This document shows, piece after piece, positions 58,515-64,000 of a stretch of DNA of 64,000 bases (positions within the stretch are counted from its first letter, which is position 1; each line of letters begins with the position of its first letter). The notes under the pieces were generated by a model. It made no database searches. It saw only the letters and a program-made list of their open reading frames with translations, and was not told where the DNA came from. Origin of the DNA: Bacteroidota bacterium (GTDB taxonomy: Bacteria; Bacteroidota; Bacteroidia; Bacteroidales; UBA7960); NCBI GenBank assembly GCA_037441525.1, contig JBBISA010000003.1, positions 25,833-89,832 on the forward strand. Direction: 5' to 3'. A program made the position numbers and the translations under genes.

Positions 58515-59246
58515 ATGAGAGTAGCAGTAGCCCAAATTAAGCCAGCAAAAGGGAGTATTGAAAAGAATTTGGTAAAACATGTAAAGTGGATAAAACAAGC
58601 AATTCAAAATAATGCGGATTTGATTGTTTTCCCTGAATTGTCATTAACTGGTTACGAACCAAATTTAGCGAAGAATCTCGCAACGAATCAGGATGATAAA
58701 AGGTTAGAGGAAATTCAGCAATTAAGCGATAGAAATGGAATTATCATAGGACTTGGGCTGCCAACAAAATACCAGAGTGATATATTTGTAAGCATGATTA
58801 TTTTTCAACCTGATAAAAAGCCAATAACCTATTCTAAACAATATTTATATCCAACAGAAGAACCAATTTTCAAAGCAGGCAAAAATCCACTAGTCTTAAA
58901 TTTTGAAACAGAAGTTGTAGCTCCGGCAATTTGCTATGAAACGACTAATAAAGTCCATTGCGAATTTGCAAAGCAAAATAATGCAACTATCTATGTAGCT
59001 AGTGTGCTTAGTTCAACAAACGGAATCAATGCTGAGCTAAATAATTTATCCGACATCGCTAAAAAAAATAATTTTATAACATTTATGGCAAATTTTGTTG
59101 GAGAATCAGGAGGATATCCATGTGCCGGGAAATCATCTGTTTGGAATAAGAAAGGGGAATTAATCGGGCAACTCGGAGAAAAGGAAGAAGGTTTATTGAT
59201 GTTCGATACAAAATCAAAAGAGATAATAACGGCCACAGACATTTAG
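58515..59246 (+). CDS. Carbon-nitrogen hydrolase (nitrilase superfamily)
   Basis: VFPELSLTGY, YSKQYL, AICYE (Glu-Lys-Cys triad); likely ATG 58515; visibly AT-rich. Confidence 0.9.
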   Translation: MRVAVAQIKPAKGSIEKNLVKHVKWIKQAIQNNADLIVFPELSLTGYEPNLAKNLATNQDDKRLEEIQQLSDRNGIIIGLGLPTKYQSDIFVSMIIFQPDKKPITYSKQYLYPTEEPIFKAGKNPLVLNFETEVVAPAICYETTNKVHCEFAKQNNATIYVASVLSSTNGINAELNNLSDIAKKNNFITFMANFVGESGGYPCAGKSSVWNKKGELIGQLGEKEEGLLMFDTKSKEIITATDI

Positions 59247-59538
59247 CCCAAAGACCTGATAAAACCCTTCTATCAGTATTGACTGCAGATGGGTTTTTGA
59301 TTTGTTGGACTTTGAGCTAACCCTATCTGGAAGAAACAAGCTGCGATTTTTGGAGTGGAAAAATAACCGCCGCCGACCAATAATCCTTGTTAAGGATTTT
59401 CTTATTATTATATTTGCAAATAATTTATGTTTTATGGGTTATTCTATGAATACTCCCCCCCCCCATAAATTCTTTAATATATTGTTTATCAGAAATATAT
59501 TTTTGTCTGGTAATTTCTTTCACACAAATTGATTTACA

Positions 59539-61620
59539 ATGAGAAATTTCAAAAGCTTTTTAACATCAGCATTTTTATTTTTTTTGATTATTAATAATCA
59601 GCTAATTGCAAATTTAACCAATACATTACCATCGGCAGTAATTACTTATCCGCACAGTAACGCCTATTATCAGGAAGGGTCTAATGTTACCATTAATGTG
59701 TATTCAACTGATATTGGGGGCACCTTTGCCAACGGAACAATAGAAAAGGTTGAGTTTTTTATCAATGGGGAGCTGGTCTTCCAAACTCCAACGCACAAAA
59801 ATAACACTTATACATTCGTCTGGAACAATGTTCAGGTGGGCCAATACCGTATAACAGCTCGCGCAACCGATAATTCAGGCGACTCATTTACCTCGGCCGG
59901 CGTGTTACTTCACGTGGGTAAGAACCCAGTTATTAAAAAAGGACTAAGTGCCGGTAAAGGAAAATACCTTGCAAATATTTTAGCTTCATCAACTGTGCGT
60001 TCCGATTTTCTCACCTTCTGGAATGGCGTAACTGCCGAAAATGCTCATAAATGGGGAAGCATAGAAAATGTAAGAAATGTAATGACCTGGACAACAGGCG
60101 ATAATATTTACAACTATGCAAGGAATAACCATTTAATTTTCCGTTACCATACCATTGCCTGGGGAAGCCAGTACCCCAGATGGCTCGAAACCCTTGGGCC
60201 TGCCGATTTTCAGGCTGAAATTGAACATTACATGTCGGAAATAGCAAAGAGGTATCCTTATATGGACCAGGTCGAGGTATTGAATGAGAATTTGTATAAG
60301 AACACCTGGAACGGACAGGAACATGCAGCCGGAACCCCCTTTTTCAGAGCCGGCCTGGGTGGTCCGGGTGAAACAGGGTACGATTGGGTGATTTGGCTTT
60401 TTGAAAAGGCCCGTTACTATTTTCCTAACTCAAAACTTGTAATGAACGACTTTGAGCTCGAAAATAACCCCAACGGCATCCGCGAAATGCTCGATGTGAT
60501 TAAGGTACTACGCGACAGGGGTTTGATTGATGGTTTTGGTACCCAGGCCCATACCTTTAATGTTGATGTAATGTGGAACCAAACTGCCACCCTGAAACAG
60601 CGCATCGACCTGATGGCTTCAAGCGGTGTTCCGGTTTATGTAACTGAGCTTGACCTGAAAGGGCAACCTGCTTCAGAGGAAAACCAATTAAGGGCTTACA
60701 GAAATATTTTTCCTGTGTTTTGGGGGCATCCGGCCGTGGCAGGTATTACTCTCTGGGGATATGTTGATGGTGCTATCTGGCAGGCTAATGCCGGTCTTTT
60801 GAGAAGCAATGGCACAAAGAAACCTGCAATGGAATGGCTCGAGGAATACATGAAAGGACTGCCTGACGTGGGTTATCCGTTTCAGGGTGTTGAAATAGTA
60901 AATGATGGCAATATGATTAGCAACGGCCAGTTTGACCTCACTACAACAGGCTGGAACATTCAAAACAACTCCGGAGCTACCAGCTCAATGGAAGTGGTTA
61001 CTGGTGCAGGAATGTCGGGCCCAAGGGCGCTGCGTATTTGCCCCGAAAATGTTGGCACTGCAAGTTGGCATATTCAATTGCGACAACAAACCCCAATAGT
61101 TAGCCAGAAAAAGTATTCCATCGCATTTTTGGCCAAAGCTGATGTAAACAGAACAATTGATGTGGCCATTCAGCAGGATGCCGACTCTTATACAACCCAT
61201 TTTCAACAGCGGGTTAACCTTACCAATGAACCACAGGAATTCTCTTTTGAGTTTACTGCACCGGTTACTGACCAGGTGGCTGCCTTAAAATTCTACATTG
61301 GAGACATTGCCGGCTGTGTTTATATCGACAATGTCAGAATGTATAATTTAACTGACACATCATCGGATAATACATTTCCAAATGAACAGAATAAGATTAT
61401 TGTCTATCCTAATCCTTTTAATGATAATCTTACAATAGATTCAAAATTTGCTCTCAATGGTGCACGTTATCAATTAATGAGTCTGTACGGCCAGGTTTTG
61501 AAAGAAGGGAACTTTGATCGTACCAAAACCATTGAAACACTCGATTTACCGGTGGGCTTATATATACTTCGGATTGATGATGATAAAAGAACCGAGTTAC
61601 TTAAGCTAATGAAAAGATAG
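59539..61620 (+). CDS. Secreted GH10 endo-1,4-beta-xylanase: Ig-like domain + GH10 + CBM4/9-like + T9SS CTD
   Basis: TAENAHKW, VLNE (acid/base), GTQAH, VTELD (nucleophile), ITLWG; NMISNGQFD module; YPNPF..YILRI..KLMK. Confidence 0.88.
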   Translation: MRNFKSFLTSAFLFFLIINNQLIANLTNTLPSAVITYPHSNAYYQEGSNVTINVYSTDIGGTFANGTIEKVEFFINGELVFQTPTHKNNTYTFVWNNVQVGQYRITARATDNSGDSFTSAGVLLHVGKNPVIKKGLSAGKGKYLANILASSTVRSDFLTFWNGVTAENAHKWGSIENVRNVMTWTTGDNIYNYARNNHLIFRYHTIAWGSQYPRWLETLGPADFQAEIEHYMSEIAKRYPYMDQVEVLNENLYKNTWNGQEHAAGTPFFRAGLGGPGETGYDWVIWLFEKARYYFPNSKLVMNDFELENNPNGIREMLDVIKVLRDRGLIDGFGTQAHTFNVDVMWNQTATLKQRIDLMASSGVPVYVTELDLKGQPASEENQLRAYRNIFPVFWGHPAVAGITLWGYVDGAIWQANAGLLRSNGTKKPAMEWLEEYMKGLPDVGYPFQGVEIVNDGNMISNGQFDLTTTGWNIQNNSGATSSMEVVTGAGMSGPRALRICPENVGTASWHIQLRQQTPIVSQKKYSIAFLAKADVNRTIDVAIQQDADSYTTHFQQRVNLTNEPQEFSFEFTAPVTDQVAALKFYIGDIAGCVYIDNVRMYNLTDTSSDNTFPNEQNKIIVYPNPFNDNLTIDSKFALNGARYQLMSLYGQVLKEGNFDRTKTIETLDLPVGLYILRIDDDKRTELLKLMKR

Positions 61621-61725
61621 CAACCCGTGCCAGAAAGAACCGTCAAAAACCAATTGGTAACCATATCCTTGCCGGGCTGCCGATAATTATTATTCATTAA
61701 ATATTAATCAATAATCTTAAAAGCT

Positions 61726-63288
61726 ATGAGACCTTTGCTAAAGATTTTATTTTTACTATCAATCGCGACAGGATTTTGTTTTACAGGATGCAACCCAATG
61801 GCAACCAACCAAAAGGAACCGGTAGTCAAAACCACCTCCGGCAAAGTTTCAGGCAGTTTTAATAATGATGTTTATGCATTCAAGGGGATACCTTATGCCA
61901 AGGCCGAAAGATTCATGCCGCCACAGAGTCCGGATACCTGGGATGGAATTCGCCAATGCACAGAATTTGGACCGGTAGCCAGACAGGTGGTGCCCTGGTA
62001 CCCCGATTCAGTTCAGAACGAAAGTGAACTTTTCAGTGTAAATGTATGGACACAGGGAATAAAGGATAGAAAGAAGCGTCCGGTAATGCTATGGTTGCAT
62101 GGAGGTGGTTTTCATGTAGGCGCAAGCAACGACCCCATGACCTACGGTGAAGCTTTGGCAAAGAAAGGCGATGTGGTATTCGTTTCGGTAAATCACCGGT
62201 TAAACATACTTGGTTTTCTTGATCTGTCGGCTTGCGGAGATAAATATTCACAATCAGCAAATGTTGGTATCCTCGATATTGTTAAAGCCCTCGAATGGAT
62301 CAAAAACAATATTGAGAATTTTGGAGGCAACCCCTCTGACGTTACCATTGTTGGTGAATCGGGTGGTGGCGGAAAAGTTGGCACACTCATGTGCATGCCT
62401 GCGGCAAAGGGGTTGTTTCACAAAGCAATTATTCAAAGTGGAACCCTTATCAATACAATGACCCGGGAGAAATCGCAACAGCTGGGTTTAGCAGTACTCG
62501 AAAGTTTTGGACTTACACCTGCCGATGTTGCAAAGCTGGATACCATCCCTTATGCTGATCTTGTTAGAGCTGGAAATGAAGCCATGGCAAAACTTTCAGG
62601 TCCAAGAAGACCAGGATCTCCCACCATGTTTGGGTTTGCCCCTTCTGCCGATGGTGTGGTTCTGCTCCAGCAACCCTTTAGCCCGGGATTTGCTCAGATT
62701 TCAAACAACATCCCTCTCCTGATGGGCAGCACCTTAAATGAGATGATGAGAACTGCTTATGGCGAAAAAGACCTTACCCTTGCGCAAGCCAAAGAACGCC
62801 TGGCAAAGGAATATGGCAATAAAACAGATCAATACATTGAGCTATTCGCCGGGGCCTATCCTGATTACACTCCCCAGGATCTTCTTTCTGTGGATAATGT
62901 TTTCAGGCCTTTTACCATCCGAACTGCAGATGCAAGAGCGTTAGAGTCAGCAGCTCCCCTTTATGTTTATTTTCTGGCCTGGAAAAGCCCGGTGGATGAT
63001 GCATCGAAAGGTTCTTTTCATGGATTGGACATTCCCCTGGCTTTCAATACGGTTGATCTGAGACCCGACTGGACAGGCAATTCAGAAGAAGCATGGAAAC
63101 TGGCTGATAAAATGAGTTCTGCCTGGATAAACTTTATTAAAACCGGAAACCCAAATGTTGACGGGGTGCTCCCACAGTGGGAAACCTACACTGCCCAAAA
63201 TGGTGCAACCATGTACTTTGACAATGAATGTCGAATTGTGCATAATCACGACAGAGACCTTATGAATTTTATAAGACCGTTAAATTAA
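61726..63288 (+). CDS. Type B carboxylesterase (PnbA-like) lipoprotein
   Basis: Lipobox FTGC; FKGIPYA, WLHGGGF, GESGGG (catalytic Ser), SFHGLDI. Confidence 0.92.
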   Translation: MRPLLKILFLLSIATGFCFTGCNPMATNQKEPVVKTTSGKVSGSFNNDVYAFKGIPYAKAERFMPPQSPDTWDGIRQCTEFGPVARQVVPWYPDSVQNESELFSVNVWTQGIKDRKKRPVMLWLHGGGFHVGASNDPMTYGEALAKKGDVVFVSVNHRLNILGFLDLSACGDKYSQSANVGILDIVKALEWIKNNIENFGGNPSDVTIVGESGGGGKVGTLMCMPAAKGLFHKAIIQSGTLINTMTREKSQQLGLAVLESFGLTPADVAKLDTIPYADLVRAGNEAMAKLSGPRRPGSPTMFGFAPSADGVVLLQQPFSPGFAQISNNIPLLMGSTLNEMMRTAYGEKDLTLAQAKERLAKEYGNKTDQYIELFAGAYPDYTPQDLLSVDNVFRPFTIRTADARALESAAPLYVYFLAWKSPVDDASKGSFHGLDIPLAFNTVDLRPDWTGNSEEAWKLADKMSSAWINFIKTGNPNVDGVLPQWETYTAQNGATMYFDNECRIVHNHDRDLMNFIRPLN

Positions 63289-63543
63289 ACGGTGTTTGTA
63301 TTTCTGATGTCAAATGTATCATATTCAGGCATTTAACACTGCATAAGAACAAGATAAGGCATTGACAGCAATTGCAACCTATCCTAAAATCAGACTTAAA
63401 GGGTGGTTAGAATCATATTGTATAATTTCGCAGGACCATAGGTTATAGGTTTCGAATTTGGATTTAGAATTTCCGGAAAGCTTTTCAAATCTCATTCTAA
63501 ACTGTTAGAAAAGGGCTCGTTAAAAACCCCAAAGTTTAGAAAT

Positions 63544-63855
63544 ATGACAGGTGGAGCAGGACATATTTTGGATATGATGGCACGATTGCGTATGAACAAT
63601 TCGACCATCAGAAAAAAGCGTCCGTTTAAGCATGCAAGGAAAGAATATATTTTAGCTGCCAAACAGAAGCACATCGACTACCATCGGGCTACTCCACAAC
63701 AATTGGAAGAAATAAGAATGCAGGTTCTGATAAACCGCGATAAAAGCAGGCTTCAAATGGCGGTTTCATTTGTGCTAACAATAATACTTTCTTCGGTTTT
63801 AATGTGGGGATTATGGTATTTATTCCGCATTATTTGGGATGGTTGGAATAATTAA
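63544..63855 (+). CDS. Small hypothetical protein with C-terminal TM helix
   Basis: 103 aa, basic N-terminus, hydrophobic C-terminal segment. Confidence 0.55.
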   Translation: MTGGAGHILDMMARLRMNNSTIRKKRPFKHARKEYILAAKQKHIDYHRATPQQLEEIRMQVLINRDKSRLQMAVSFVLTIILSSVLMWGLWYLFRIIWDGWNN

Positions 63856-64000
63856 CCTGAAAAAAGAATTTACCTATAAATTGTTTTTCATCCGTAAATA
63901 ATTTTTAAGTTAAGGTCGGGTAGTTTATCCCGTTTTTACGGGAGAACCATACATGTTCTAAAAACTTATTCTCATCGGTGTTTGTGTTGTGCAAAAACAT

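Noticed and set aside
59246-59300. attC-like cassette boundary after the nitrilase-family gene
   Set aside because: No convincing paired R/L boxes, no second copy and no integrase in the window.
2394-63674. Many 60-195 aa ORFs in the track overlapping longer genes on the opposite strand or in another frame (e.g. 2997-3473, 18201-18788, 31035-31568, 36613-37161, 47143-47541)
   Set aside because: They are shadows of well-supported genes and show no recognisable motifs.
63915-63950. GTAG-preceded small hairpin TCCCGT-TTTT-ACGGGA resembling a REP
   Set aside because: Single short copy at the window edge, unrelated to the 52-nt repeat.
1-64000. tRNA, rRNA, CRISPR arrays, transposases, prophage genes
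   Set aside because: No cloverleaf or T-loop signatures, regularly spaced repeats or recognisable mobile-element proteins seen by eye.

Overview
Chromosomal window from a Bacteroidota bacterium, probably Bacteroidales-like. This is supported by TAnnTTTG -7 promoter elements, gldH, a T9SS C-terminal domain, rprXY and the acpP-fabF-rnc cluster. It is mostly housekeeping: a thiolase/SDR/symporter/CoA-transferase operon, rprXY, sufBCDS, queG, ruvB, tnaA, cysE-cysK, meaB, PBP1A, holB, mltF, polA, purN and acpP-fabF-rnc. A possible accessory tail carries a nitrilase-family gene, a GH10 xylanase and a carboxylesterase. I saw no rRNA, tRNA, CRISPR array or transposase. The most striking signal lies in the 532-bp intergenic region 30332-30863, below the ORF-track length cut-off, which holds two divergent leader-peptide switches. 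On + a 22-aa leader with four consecutive Cys codons (MNIYSHTCCCCNTKPPGNVKAV) and a complete terminator/antiterminator pair precedes cysE-cysK. On - a 25-aa single-Trp leader (MLCKYLTNNNNLLWLNIKRRDTYRA) precedes tryptophanase, and its stop-codon region pairs perfectly over 12 bp with the tnaA start codon. Other observations are two similar GU-rich candidate sRNAs, a dispersed REP-like palindrome and a probable iron-repressor operator at the suf promoter. All calls come from reading the sequence by hand; no database search was run.
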